From assembly GCA_958009085.1 (NCBI GenBank), contig OY253676.1, positions 124,001-188,000 of the forward strand: a stretch of DNA of 64,000 bases, in the 5' to 3' direction. A model generated the notes under the pieces. It saw only the letters and a program-made list of their open reading frames with translations. It did no database searches and was not told where the DNA came from. Shown in pieces: positions 30,330 to 43,508 of this stretch. Numbering within the stretch: position 1 is the stretch's first letter; every line of letters starts with the position of its first letter. Origin of the DNA: Protoeuglena noctilucae (Eukaryota). The translations under genes were made by a program, and so were the position numbers.

Positions 30330-33300
30330 ATGTCCTCTTACTCTTTTCCGTCGTTTGTTGGAGCTGTCCGGCAGGCTGCCCCGCGGACGCGCTCTGCGGG
30401 AGGCCGTGCTGGACGGCTCTCGGCCCCCACCTTCATCGCTGCCCTGCTCCCGATGCCGTCGAATGCGCCCCCTGCCCTCACTGCTGCAAGAAGCGGCAGG
30501 CCAACGGAGCGCAGATATGGTCCCCCGCCTCGCTCAAGGCCCCTGGGGCGGTCGGCAGCAGCGTGCGGCCTTGGCGTTGTCCGCAGCCCCCACCGCGGCC
30601 CCAGCTCGCTCTCCCGTCGGGCTTCGGGCATTCCCTGCATGTATGTTGCGTTAGTATGTCGCGCTTGATGGATCTCGGCCCGCAGTCCCTCTCCGCACCA
30701 CCGGGGCGCCCCGTGCATCTGAGGTGTCCCACACGGCGCCCCGCGCCCCGGCCAGGGGCTCCGGCCCCTGCGGAATCTTTTAGAGACCTCCAGACTGCAG
30801 TCCTGAGCTTGTCCAGAGACAGAGTCGCTCCATCGTCCCCCCGCAGGGTGGCGGGGCGTGGGTCGGTCTGCGTGCGGGCGCTGCACTCGACCGACCCGAA
30901 GAAGCGCGTGGTCGTGACGGGCATGGGCGTGTGCTCCGTGTTCGGCAATGATCCGGAGGTGTACTACGACAAGCTGCTCGCCGGTGTCTCGGGTGCGCGC
31001 CTCGGCATATCGCGCCGCTCGCGTCCTGCAGCTCGCGTCTCCGCGGCGTGTCGCATCCCCTTTGCTCTCCGCTGTTGCCAGGTATCTCTCTGATCGAGGG
31101 CTTCGATGCCTCCGAGTACCCAACGCGCTTCGCGGGCGAGATCAAGAACTTTGACACAGAGGACCTCATTCCGCCCAAGGAGGCCCGCCGCCTGGACACG
31201 TGCTGGAAGTACACGCTGGTCTCCGGTGAGCGTCGACTGGTCTGCGGACTCGCCGATCGTAACTGACCACGAAGAAAGAATGGTAGCGGACTGGGGCATG
31301 GGCGGCATGGGCGGCATGGCACAAGCACCTGAGCTGCTGTGCTGCGTTCTCTTGCAGGCAACAAGGCGATGATGATGGCCGGCTTCCACCCCAAGAAGGA
31401 CCAGGAGGCCTTTGAGAAGCTGGACCGCTCTCGCGTGGGTGTTCTCGTGGGCACGGGCATCGGCGGCATGTCCGTCTTCGCCAACAACGTCGAGACCCAG
31501 GCAAGGGGCAGTGATGATGACAGGCACTGTCCTGTCACTGTCTTGTCATAACAAGATGGGAAGGTATGAAGAACGATTGTTGCAGTCGTGTTGGCTTACC
31601 AAACACAACCAGCACTTGCGAGATGATGCACGAGCTCCCCAGCAATGGTTCGCCACAGCGTCGACATCCACAGCCCTTGCTTACCTCGTCTCCCCCTGCA
31701 GGTGACCAAGGGCTTTAAGCGCATCTCCCCCTTCTTCATCCCCTACGCCATCACCAACATGGGGTCGGGCCTCCTGGCCATGGAGCACGGGTTTATGGGG
31801 CCCAACTACTCGGTGTCCACGGGTGAGGGAGATTGAATAACAGGGGAGATTGTTGATTAGCAGATGTAAATTTATGGACTCATGAGCCCCAATGTTCTTG
31901 ACGACATCCCACCATTCTCGTTCACATTTGCCGCCCCTCCACCACTGCCCACCACTGCCACTGCCCCCTGCCCACCACTGCCCAGCATTACACTCCTACT
32001 TCCCGCAGCCTGCGCCACCGCCAACTACGCCTTCCACCTCGCCGCGTCCCACATCCGCGCGGGCGAGGCCGACGTGATGATCTGCGGCGGGGCGGAGGCC
32101 CCCGTGAACGCCACCGGCCTGGGCGGCTTCGTGGCCTGCCGCGCGCTGTCGTCTCGCAACGAGGATCCCACGAAGGCGTCGAGGCCCTGGGACAACGGCC
32201 GGGATGGGTTCGTGCTGGGGGAGGGCGCGGGAGTGCTGGTGTTTGAGTCGATGGAGCACGCCATGAAGGTGAGAGAGACTGGAAATGGGTTGGTGGCATT
32301 GCAAGTGTGGGGGTGCTGCTCACGGTACAGTCCCTTGCTCTCTCACGTCCCCGTAACTTTTGTAACTAGCAAGCGGCACTCTGACTTGCCACCACCATCT
32401 GCGATCACATCGACATCACATATGCTATCACACGAATTCCTACCCCTCCCTCGGCTGCCCCCCCGCCCGCAGCGTGGCGCCAACATCCTGTGTGAGTACC
32501 TGGGGGGTGCCTTCACGTGCGACGCCTACAACATCACGGACCCGCACCCGGAGGGGCTGGGCGTGGCCACGTGCATTGAGCTGGCGCTCAAGGTGAGGCG
32601 ATGAGATGGGTGGGGTGGGTGGGGGACGGTACGGGATGGTGTGGTGATGATGGATGAGTAGCACTGCTGCTATGTGGTGCACTGCAGTGCGATGCGCGAA
32701 TGGGGCATGTCACTCGTCTTCTTGCATGACTGTGCCCATCCCATAACTGCGCCCCGTCTCGATTGCATCACCGCTCACTCCAATTATGTCTCTCTCCCTT
32801 AACAGGACGCCAAGATCGACCGCGACATGGTCAACTACATCAACTGCCACGCCACCTCGACCATCGTGGGCGACAAGGCGGAGATCAAGGCCGTCAAGTG
32901 AGCCTGACAGGGAATGGGGGGGTGACATGAGACGGAACCAACCCACGTTGGTTTGTTGCCATTTATCCTCTCATGGTGGAAGCGCATCGGGTGGCATTGT
33001 GGACATGCTTGCTTACCCCACTGCTACCTCTGACAGCACCCCACTGCAACGCAACCCCACCGCACCACAACCCCACCGCTACCCCGCCGCTACCCCACCG
33101 CTACCCCGGACCCCACCCCAGCATCCCCATCCACGCTCTCCTCTCCCCCCAGGCGCGTCTTCACGGACACCAAGAACCTCCACGTCAACGCCACCAAGTC
33201 GATGATCGGCCACGGCCTGGGCGCGGCCGCTGGTCTCGAGGCCATTGCCGCCATCCAGGCCATCCGCCGGGGCAAGCTGCACCCCACGCTCAACCAGGAG

Positions 33301-33435
33301 GATTTGATCGAGGAGGTGGCGGGGATCGATACCTGCCCCGAGGCGCGCACCGTCGAGGTGACGGCCGCGATGAGCAACTCGTTCGGATTCGGTGGCCACA
33401 ACTCCTCGTGCATCTTCGCGCCCTTCAAGGCGTGA
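30330..33435 (+). CDS. KASI: Plastid 3-oxoacyl-ACP synthase I (KAS I); start uncertain
   Basis: [27 protein letters not shown] (KAS I-type rather than the KAS II MNPFCVPFATT), catalytic TAC, NCH and GHGLG, and [10 protein letters not shown]. Transit-like N-terminus. Confidence 0.92.
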
Positions 33436-34107
33436 GGCGCGGGTGTGGCGGGCAGCACTGCCGCGCGGGATTGAAAAGTTCAAAGGGTCGCAGTGTCACA
33501 CTAATGTTATTGTTATGGCACTCCAGTGTCATCGCTAGCGCTGGCGAAAAGGGTGGACGCTTTCGGTGACGCGAACCGTCACCCGTCACGCGGTGGGAAC
33601 CCTTTTCGTGATAGGAAAGGGAAAAGGGATCGGAGAGGGCGATAGGAATGGGGAGGGCTCGCCAGCTCGTGGCAGGGAGGGGGGCGCTGGGGGGTGTGGG
33701 GATCACGCCAAAAGCACAGCTGGCAGCTTGCAGTTGTGGGGGTCATGCCAAAAAGCACAGAGGTGGTAGCGTACCGCAGTGCATGGATCACAGTGGGGAG
33801 GGGAGGGAGGATGCGGGGCGCATCTGGGTGCTATGGGGCTGCGTGGGCAAAAGCGAAGCAAAGGAGAAGAGAAGGGGCATGCATGTCGGGGCCGCGCAAG
33901 CGGTGGCAGTGCCGGGCTAGGGCCGCTAGTGGCACGAGGAGTGCACGACATGCGGAGCTGACTAGGGGGCGTGTGCCAAGTGGCGTCTCTACAGGCCACC
34001 TGCCCGGTTGAGCAGTCTGAGCAGGGCGCCGGGCTCAGGCAGCGATGCACAATGCGCGATGCATGTCACCATAAGCCAGGGCAGCTATGGGGTGGGCAGT
34101 CTCGGCG

Positions 34108-37100
34108 TCACGCATCGCTGGCCAGCATGCTCTCGAGGTCTGCGATCACGGCTTCGATCCCCGGGCGCGCCTTGGGGTCCGTGGCGGTGCACTTTGCGAT
34201 GAGGGCCGCGAGGGGGGCGGGGCAGCCGGGAGGGGCGGCCAGGGGGGTGGCGACGTTGGGGTCCTTGAGTTTCATGACCTGCGGTGGTTTTGAGGGAAGG
34301 GGCAGTTGAGGGTCGGGACATGCAACTGCGATGGGGCGACGGCACCGACGTGCGACGTGGCAGCGCATGCCGGCATGTTATGCAGATGCGATGGTGCCAC
34401 CCCTCATGCCACCCCTCCTGCCACCCCTCACACCACCCCTTACGCCATCCCTCGCCTGCTGCAGCGTCAGTTCTGCGTGGGGCGCCTTGCCCTCCACCAG
34501 GTGCGAGGCCAGGTGAGCCAGGGCGTAGACGTCAGCGGCGGGGCTCAGGCGACTGGCAAAGAGGACCTCGGGGGGGAGGTGGGAGATGGTGCCGATCTTG
34601 TCTGCGAGTGAGGGGGGAGATGGTAGGGGAGTAAGGTGGGAGATGGCGTCAATCTTGTCCGCGAGTGGCAGTGAGAGAGACTGAGTGGCCCCGTATCACT
34701 CTTTGCATGCACGCTCCCCTTACCCCTCCCTTCACCCCTCTCCCTCAACCCCCCCCCCCCCCCCCCCCCTCTCCACCCCTCACCCGCCGTGGTGCTGGTC
34801 AAGTCCGGGCTGAGCACCCGTGACACACTGAAGTCTGCCACCTTGGCCAGGAAACCCTTGTCCACCGGCGCACCGGCCAACAGCACGTTCTTGGCCTCGA
34901 CGTCCCCGTGGACCACCTTGTTTGAATGCAGGTGCTGCAAGCCACGCGAGGTGTCCAGGAGCACCTGCGTGGGGTGACAGGAACACAATACGTTCAGAAC
35001 TGAGCATTGAGTTCGCCTTGCTCCACAGGTACTGGATGATCTCTTTAATTCCATCTATTCATTTCACCACTGCATTTGTCCCCTCACCTCCCCTGCTTGA
35101 TTACATCGCACACCCCCTCACCTCCACCACCCTGCGCACGTCCACGTGTGCCGCCGGCTCCGTCAGAGTCTTCGGGGACCTCCCGTAGTGCCAGTACCCC
35201 TCCTGAAGGGCGTCCTCCACATCGCCGAGGTCACTGGACAGAGGGGCACAGAGAGACGAGCGAAGGTGACATGAGGCGAGGACGCCGAGTGCCAGTGCAA
35301 GTACCACAGACACAGTGAGAACAACTTAGTAACTGATCCAAGAGAGAGGATTCAAGGGTTTGACATTGGCCACTCACCTCCTCCGTTGCCTCTCCCCTTC
35401 CCACTCACCAGTGCTCCATCACCACCCAGACCTCGTACATACCCGCGCCGTCGCCCACCCCCGCAGAGCCCACGCCCGACCCCGCCGGCTCCTCCCGGCT
35501 GCTCCCCGCCGCCGTGGCACCCGACCCCGCCTCCGCCACAACCGTCGACGAGGTCGACCTCTTACGCAGGGACCCAGCTGCCCCACTGCCACTGCCACTG
35601 CCACCACTGCCATCGCTGCCCATTCCCAGACCCTCCGCCGCCTTCCCATCGGGTGCTGCCCCGGTATTATTGTCCCAGTGATTGGTCGCGTCCACGACGC
35701 TCGCCGCTGTAAGTACCGGCCCCTGCCCCTTTGCAGGCCGCGCCAGGCATGTGTGCGCTCGTACCAGATTAGGGTGGTGCAGCCAGGCCTCGACCATGGG
35801 ACCGTCGCGGGAGGCGGGGTCCGGGGGCAACGCGGCACGCGCCACGATGGCACGGGCCTGGGGGCCGGTGACGAGCTCACCAAAGATCTTCACGGCCACT
35901 GCGGGTGAGGATGGGGCAGGGAGGGTCAGAAATGGACATCTGCATGCAGGCCATCGCGATAATAGTACTAGCGGTGCCTGCACCTGGTCGGGGGGGCGCA
36001 GCAGGTGCAACCCGCAGTAACTGCTGAGGCCGGCAGTGGTTGTTTGGAGGGCTTAACACAGGCAGCTACAGGTCCCTGACGTACCCTGACCCGTCTGGGG
36101 TTCAACCCGGACCGCACCGCACCTTCCTGTCCCTTCCAGGTGCCCCGGTACACCGCCCCGTGCGTGCCGCTGCTGATGTACGCCTCGAGTACGACGTCGG
36201 CGACGGCGGGGAGGGCGCCGCGTCTCTGGAGCCACCGCAGGGCGCGGCGGAAGGTCTCGCCGGCCGCGATGGCGCAGAGGGCGAAGGCAAGGAGGCCGAG
36301 GGGGCCCTGCGTAGTATCGGGTATGTTGCGGGTTAGGCACCGTGGGTTAGGGTGGCGTGGTGCGAGGGCAGCCGACACTGGCAGTGCAAATGCGATTTCT
36401 CATACCATGACCGGTGCAAGAGCGATCAAAGAGTGTTGGGCTCCCCTGATGCCGCAGCCAGTCAGGCAGCGCACCTACACAGTCGCACGCTCACAAGCTC
36501 ATATACCCATGTTGCTCCTGCGCTCACCGCAGCCAGGACGCTCGCGATGAATCGCAGGAGCACCTCCCGCCCCGGTCGCTCCTCGGCCTCATCAGTGACA
36601 CCCTCGCCAGGAGCCCAGGGCACCTCGAGCGTACCCTGCCACTGCAGCGCCATGTCCCGCACCTGCCTCCTGCGCGCGCATCGAGACCGGCGAGATGTCG
36701 GAATGTCGCAACGGGGACTGGCAGAGTTGCCAGGCGTCAATTTGCAAGACGTCGATGTGTCCGGACTGCGCCCTCTTACCCTAGCGCATGGCAGGAGAGC
36801 AGTCACCGCTTACGGGCAAACGTTGGCCAGAACATCCTCACATCATCTGCATTTGACACTACCGAGCTCTCACCGGTAGGCCATGTCGAGCACCGGCGGC
36901 CCCAGTTCTCTCGCGGGGCTCCCTGGGCCGACAGATGGGACGCAGCCGAAGGTGACGTTGACGTACCGAATGGCCACGAACGAGGACCTCTGGACGCCCC
37001 AGTCGAGCACCGTGTAGGACTTCACGCCGGTGCCTAGGTTGTCCAGGCCCTCTGCGGTGGCAACGGGGTGGGGGCAAGGGTGGAGGGTGCGAGTGGGGCA

Positions 37101-38665
37101 GCGGGACGTGCGAGGGGTGTGTGACATGCGGAAAGAGGGTGACATGGTGAGCATATGGCGCAAGAGGTGGAAAGGTTGGTGACACGGAGCCTATGAAAAG
37201 AGGGTTGGGTCGGTTTCACAAGCGTGGGGGTAGAAGGCGTCTGTGTGGGTTTACAATCGCCCTCGCACCTACGCCGCCCTTGTTGACTCCCTTGAAGAGG
37301 ACGGCGAAGTTCAGGAGACCCTGGTGATCCTCGATTCGCTTACACACCTCGCTGGGAGCCGGAAGGGAGGCCACGGTGGGTCATCGAGACGATAGGTGCG
37401 GGCGAGTGTAAGCGCACGCGTCGGCCGGGCTGTGCTGTGCCGCACGGTGCCACGTTGCAACTCAAGAAGCGTGTCGTGAAGTACATGAACATGACCATGG
37501 TCACCTGAATCGCACGTTGACGTAGAGGACCTTGCCATTGACGTAAGGCTTGTTAGTGCCGGCCATAAAGGGGTAGTAGGGAGCCATGTTGTTGACGAAG
37601 TGGGCGTTGTAAACCAACAAACTCGTGTCCTTGCTGATGCTCCAGAGGTCGAAGCGGTGCCCGCCGTCTCTGCGGAGCGCAGGGAGGCGAAAGTGTTGTC
37701 GAACGTGCTCGGCGGAGATAGCCGTGCTGACGCCGCGCCGCGCGGATCGGAGCCGCATGCGGACTCACATAATCGTGTTCGTGCACGCCGTGCCGACCGC
37801 GATGTGCCTCCCGACCGGCGCCACGAGCGCTTCTTTGCGGGAGACCTCGGGTGCCCGAAAGTCGACATCTTTCGCGAAGACGACGTCCGATATCGCCTTG
37901 TTCGGCGCAGCGGCAGGCAACGCGAGCACGCCTCCGTAATGGAGCTCCCTGCGGACGCGCGCGCGCGGTGCGGGAGCCGTTCCAGCGCTAAAGCTCTGCA
38001 TCATGCTCAACACAGCTTCCACGGGGCAGCGCATGCGGACCTTTGGCTCCCATCCGCCTGCGGCATGTCCGCGACCAGCACCTGCGGGGAAGGGGACAGG
38101 CCAGGCGTGAAGCTCGCGTTGAACCCTTGCGTGTGGCAAGGTCTCTTGAAAGCTGTGCGGATCCGGGCGCCCCTTCGATGCGCCGACTGCGCCGACAGGA
38201 TGAGTCAACGAAATCCTCTCGCCTGGTCCTCGTGCTTGTCGAAAGTCACGGTGCGCGTGGTCAAGGCGACGACCTCGGGGGGAACGTCGATGGGATCCCG
38301 GCAGTCGGGAAACGCGTTCCTGAAAATCCGATCTGCTGGCCCCGATTCCCACGCATCTGGGTATCCTGCGGAGCGCTCGCGGGAGACGCGACTTTGCATG
38401 GGCCCCAGGCATGCACACGTTGTTGGGCTTCACGTGCATGCGATGAGGGACACAAGTGCTCTCGCGCAAACCTTAACGAGACAGGACCCAGCTGAGGTGC
38501 GCAGTGGCCCCATCCCCCGAGCCGCTTGTCCTGACCTGCGCTCTCCACGGCGTGCATGTGGGCGACTGCGCCTGGGGGCGATATTGATGCACGCGCAGCA
38601 TGACCAAAGAAGATCAGGAGGAGAGAGGCTAGGACCAAATGCGCAGGAGGGCAGGGAAGCGGCAT
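34108..38665 (-). CDS. Receptor-like protein kinase: signal peptide, unrecognised ectodomain, TM segment and TKL-type kinase domain with degenerate motifs
   Basis: Signal peptide MPLPCPPAHLVLASLLLIFFGHAARA and TM segment FIASVLAA|GPLGLLAFALCAIAA. Kinase motifs: ISSGTHGAVYRG, VAVK, LHHPNLV, WVVMEH, HGDVEAKNVLL, VADFS, GTISHLPPE, ADVYA and DPKARP. Confidence 0.82.
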
Positions 38666-39126
38666 CCTCCAGGTTGCAGTGGCATGCGTGGCTTCCGATC
38701 GCGCCCGTACGACCTTCGCCAGCGTTGTGGCAGAAATCTGAAACGAGTTGAGATCGGGTCGCACTTCTACGGTGGCACGGCCCGCCGCTGGAGCTGCCTC
38801 CTGACGCTTCGAACATGTCAGGTTGGCTAATGCTGCCTTCCTTTCCATCTGCCTCGCTGGTCGTCATTCAAAAACATGAAACAATGCACACAAAGTCTGG
38901 TCACGAGTCGCAAGAGCTTAAGGCAAAGTGATGGGAGGGGGGGGGAAGGGGCAACACTGATGGACCGTGACTGGTGGACCGCGAGATGGAAAGTTTGCTG
39001 CGAGCTTACTGTCCTCTCGCAGCACTGACCATCACGCGGGAGCCAAACACGGGCCATCGTGTGTCCGCATCACGTCCGCAGCTGTGTGATCCGGTCGATA
39101 CAAGCGCGCTGCTCGTCGTCAATTGT

Positions 39127-41292
39127 CTACACCTGGTCCCCGGGGATCTGCCCGTCGATGACGTACTCGACCTCCGCGGTGACCTGCTTCTGCTTCGCGG
39201 AGTGCTCGTCGATGACCTTGCCGCTGGGGACCTGGGGCGCACGCCTGGCCCTCTTGCACGCGCGGACGGCCAGCACGATGCCGATGGCCACCAGGATGCC
39301 CCCGACGCCCTGCAAGGTGCGAGAGCGAGCGAGGGCGGAGTGAGAGATGAAAGACAAAGCGGTGGCACGCATCGACAACCCACCGCACCGTCGTGAGAGC
39401 GGGAGCAGACCTTGCCGCCTGGGCAAAGGAGCCGTGCGAGAGCAGAGAGAGCTACCCAGCCGCTCACCCCGACGAGGACGGCGATGACGGGCACCTCCCA
39501 TCGCTTGATGCTGGCGGAGCTCTCCCGCGTCCACTGCACGTCCACGTCCAGGTTGCCCTGCCACTGCATGGCTGCAGCCTGCACGGCCGCCCTGCAGCCA
39601 GGCGCGAGGTCCGGAAACCATGGGCGACAATGCCGGGTGCGTCGCTACCCCTGCACCATGCCTGGCTGCGATGTGTCCTTATCACAGGTCGTCCCGCCAG
39701 CGATACGATGGCTGAGAGTCGTGAACCAAACAGGACCGGCTCACCTGTACGCCTTGTCGAGCACGGGGGGCCCGAGCGCGCGGTCGGCGCTCCCCGCGTC
39801 GAGGGACGCCACGCATCCGAACGTGACATTAACCATGCGCATGGTGACGAAGCCCGTGTTGAGCGCCACGGTGTCCCGCACGAGGTAGGACTTGACATCC
39901 AGGCCGTTGTCGAGCCCCGCTGCGGAACAAGGGAAGGTGAAGGCGGAGTTAGCCGGCTGGTGGGAGGGGCGGTGCGCTGCAGGGTACTTGCGCGGGTGGC
40001 ATGGGCACGCACCCACATCGCTCCTCGTCATGTTCTTGAAGTACGCCCCCAGGTCCCGCAGGCCCGTGTGGTTCACCACGGAATCGCACACCTCACTGCG
40101 ACACTCGAGAGACCATCGTTTCATCCTTTGACAATGAGACTCGATAACCCACCCCCTCGTCCCGTCGCAGCATCATCCGGAAATGGCACTGTGCACGGCA
40201 GAGAAAAGGGCGGAGATCTCACACCTGAAGCGCACGTTGACGTAGAGGACCTTGCCGTTGACGTAGGGCTTGTTGGTGCCGGCCATGAAGGGCGGGTACG
40301 TGATGACGTTGTTGATGAAGTGCGAGTTGTAGATGAACATGCTGAGGTCGCTGCTGGCGTTCCACAGGTCGAGGCGGTGCGCTCCGTCGCTGCAGCAGGA
40401 AGAGGTGGGACCTGGCTTGGTTGCACAAGGGAGGCCACGCCATGGGCGTCGCGTGTGTGCAAGCACGCAAGCCGCGATCATGCATCAAGCGACGTCTCAC
40501 ATGACTGTGTTGGTGCACGCGGTCCCGATGGCCATCTGCCGGCCCGTGGGCGTCACCAGGGCGTACGGCTGCGACTCCCCGCCGGTGCCAAAGTCGACGT
40601 CTTCAGCGAAAACGATGTCCGACACCGCAGCGTCCGGCGCCGCTGCGCCCAACGCCATCGCACCTCCATAGTAGAGCTCCCTGAGCGACCCGGAGATTCC
40701 CGAAGCGTCCGCGATCGCCACCTGTCGGAAAAGGGCGTGACCGTTGAAAAGGGCGGGGGGCGTGGGGCGTTTGAATCAGGGGCGCCCATCGCCGCGCCTG
40801 AGGTCCGTTTAGCGCTAAAATGCATCTTGCCTTGTCCGTGTAGCTGCCGGACGAAACGGTGCGCAGGGAGTAGGTCAGGGCAGTGCCGTTCAGAACCGTC
40901 GGGACCGGCGCAGCATTGTCGCACGTCTTGAACACCTTCCCGAAGACTTGGGAGGACGACAAGGCTGTGGAAGAAGAACCGAGCTCTGCGCACGAGGAGG
41001 AGGGCGCAAGGTCGTCCCGGAGGCTCACTTTTTGCATGTCACATGACTGGTCGGGTTCGCGCCCACCTCGGCGTCGAGCAGCCGCCGCAGCGTCACAGAT
41101 TAGACGATCGCACGCATAAGTAGCCAAACTGGGCCATTCCGGCGACTGGGGGGCGCGGGGTGAGCAGGACGGCCGCCCTTGTCCTGCTCAAGCGTGCGGT
41201 GCGCATCCCGCCTCACCTGTTCCGCCCACCGAGGTCACCATTAATAAGATGGCTAATGCGCCACCCAGCCAGGCGCGGCGAGCGGGCGGCAT
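39127..41292 (-). CDS. Type I membrane protein; kinase-less tandem paralog of the adjacent receptor kinase ectodomain
   Basis: Signal peptide MPPARRAWLGGALAILLMVTSVGG. Shares PFMAGTNKPYVNGKVLYVNVRF, GTACTNT, VNVTFGCV, LGPPVLD.AYR and QWQG with the neighbour. TM segment VIAVLV|GVGGILVAIGIVLAV, then a short tail. Confidence 0.8.
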
Positions 41293-41436
41293 TCTGTTAC
41301 ACGTTGTTGACACACCCCTCCAAGAGAGGGCGAAGGACCTCCGCCGATCCGAGCCCTTTGTGTGATCAAGAACTGCCGGCACGCGCGTGAGTATGCAACC
41401 ACACGCGCCGTGCTTGCATCGCATGAAACATGCGTT

Positions 41437-43508
41437 TCAAGTGCCCCCGTGAGATGGAACTTTTAGAACGCGTGCTCGCACCGCCTTGACCGCCGCTTCC
41501 ACCATCTCCGTCCGGCTGCCCTGCACGGTGACCAGCTGCACCCTGCATGCGCAGGTGCACGACATTCTGCAAACATGTCCTTCATTTTCACCGAGAAGGG
41601 TGCGGCACATTTGCTTGCTCACCCCGCCAGCTCCGCCACCAGCGCTCGGAGGGCGTTCCCCGCGAGGGGCGCCCCGCCCAAGTCGTTCAACGGCCGGTGG
41701 ATGGGCCCGTCCACCTCCACGAGCATCTCGACCAGCCCTCCGCGCGATAGGTCGATCACGGCGATATCAAACGACATAATTCCTCTTACCGTGTCGCTGG
41801 CTGCGAGACCCTCCCGCAGCTCGCGCTGCCCGGCGCGCAGGGGCCATTCCAGCACTGCGGCCCGACAGTCCCCCACAGCATCGCGCACTCCCGCAAATAC
41901 CGCTTCTTGAGCCCGCGAGACCGTCGGCGGCTGACCCTGCAAACGTCCCTGGAGCCGCGCGAGGGCACCGGCGTCCACAGGTGGTGCGCCGACCTCGCTC
42001 GCCAGGCCTGCGCAACAGCGGGCGCAGGGGTGGTATAACCACGCGCCGGCTGTGGGACTGTCACACTCGGCAAGAGATCGCAGCTGTGCGCCGAAAAGAA
42101 CTCACCGGACTTGATGTAGATTTGAAGGGAGACGAGCAAATGGCGGAGTGTCGCTTGCGATCTGGGGCTCATGGCAGGAAACTGGACCAAGTGCCCCAGG
42201 TGGGGAATCACGGGCCGCAGGATCGCCACCATGGCGCGCATCAAAGCCTCTTGGCTTTCCGCCTTCACTCGCGAGGGGCCAGGGTGATCCACTGCGACAG
42301 AAAGCGCTCCCGCCTGTGTTGTGCAGTCGCAAGGCTGGCTGGCTGCACAACTCCACCAGCCGCAACCAACCGCAATTGCACTCACGCGTGATGGCTCCGC
42401 ACGCCACTGCCAGGGCCCAGCTCGCGCCGCTGGCTCCCCGCACGGCCCTCCACAGCGCCTCGCTGTCCTCGTTGCACCCGTTGACCCACGCTGGGCCGGT
42501 GGCTGTCGTGGCTGCTCTCGCCAGCGCCAACACGTCCGCCACCCAGCCCACCATGCCGTCGACCACGGCCGCAGGGCAATCTCCACCTCCATCCTCGCTC
42601 TTGCTTCCCACACCTGCACTCGCAACTGTCGCCTCATACTCCCCCAAAGACGCAAAGGCGTTCATGGCAGCGAGCGCCTGCAGCGTCGCTCCGGCAGCCA
42701 TCGCGAGAGCCTGGTTCCCGGCCTCCCCAGTCCCCGACTCGCCCGCCCCGCGCACGCACCGCGCCGCCTCCGCCAGCATCGCTCTCCGTGCCCACGGCTG
42801 CAGCCGGTGCCGGAGGTCGCGGCACGCCCCCGACACGGCCGCAATGCGCTGCAGGGCCTCGCGGGCGCGAGCCCTGTCGTCGAAGGCCCCTTTTTGCGAC
42901 GTCCCCAAAGCCCGTGCCGCTGCGCTCGTGGGCAGCAACAACGGCACAAGCGCCAACTCCGCCAATAAATCCACGGACCGAAGAGCGTCCTCAGCGGTCC
43001 AGACACTCCGGTCCCCGTCTCCGCTCTCCTGGCCCGCCCCCTGCCTCCACGCCAGGCCCAGTAACGCGTCGATCGCCTTCACATCACGGACTGGTTTCGA
43101 GCCCCTTGTGCGGAAGATCCGGACGGCTTCCACCGACGCCGCCTCGGTGGCTTCTGGCTCCTCCTCCGCCACTCCCAGGTATCTGCGCTCGTATTCCCCT
43201 TGGCTGCATGCAGGGGAAGGAAGGCATCTTTGCATGCTTCGGGCGACCAACACGACGGCGCAGCATGTGAGCGGCCATGGCAGCTGCTTGTTGGCAGCAT
43301 TTCTCACCTCTTCGCAGGCGTCATCCTGGCCCCGTCGCAAGCCGTCTCCCGCTCCCGCTTCGCCTGCTCTCGCCCAGGAACCCTGCGCCGCTTGGACCGT
43401 CGAACTTCTTGGAACGGCAGGGCTTCTTTGCCTTGCTCGGCCCGACAGCAGATGAGGCGGAAGCCACGAACGTGAACTGTCGTCTGGGCGGGCGCGGAGA
43501 TTGGACAT
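41437..43508 (-). CDS. Probable organelle-targeted RAP-domain protein
   Basis: C-terminal SFDIAV..MLVEVDGPIH..GNALR..L.G.QLVTV resembles the RAP EVDGPxH motif. Ala-rich helical body and a basic N-terminus. Confidence 0.55.

Noticed and set aside
39393..43455. Long antisense ORFs (for example 39393..40931 and 42148..43455)
   Set aside because: They are shadows of GC-rich coding sequence on the opposite strand and carry no motifs.
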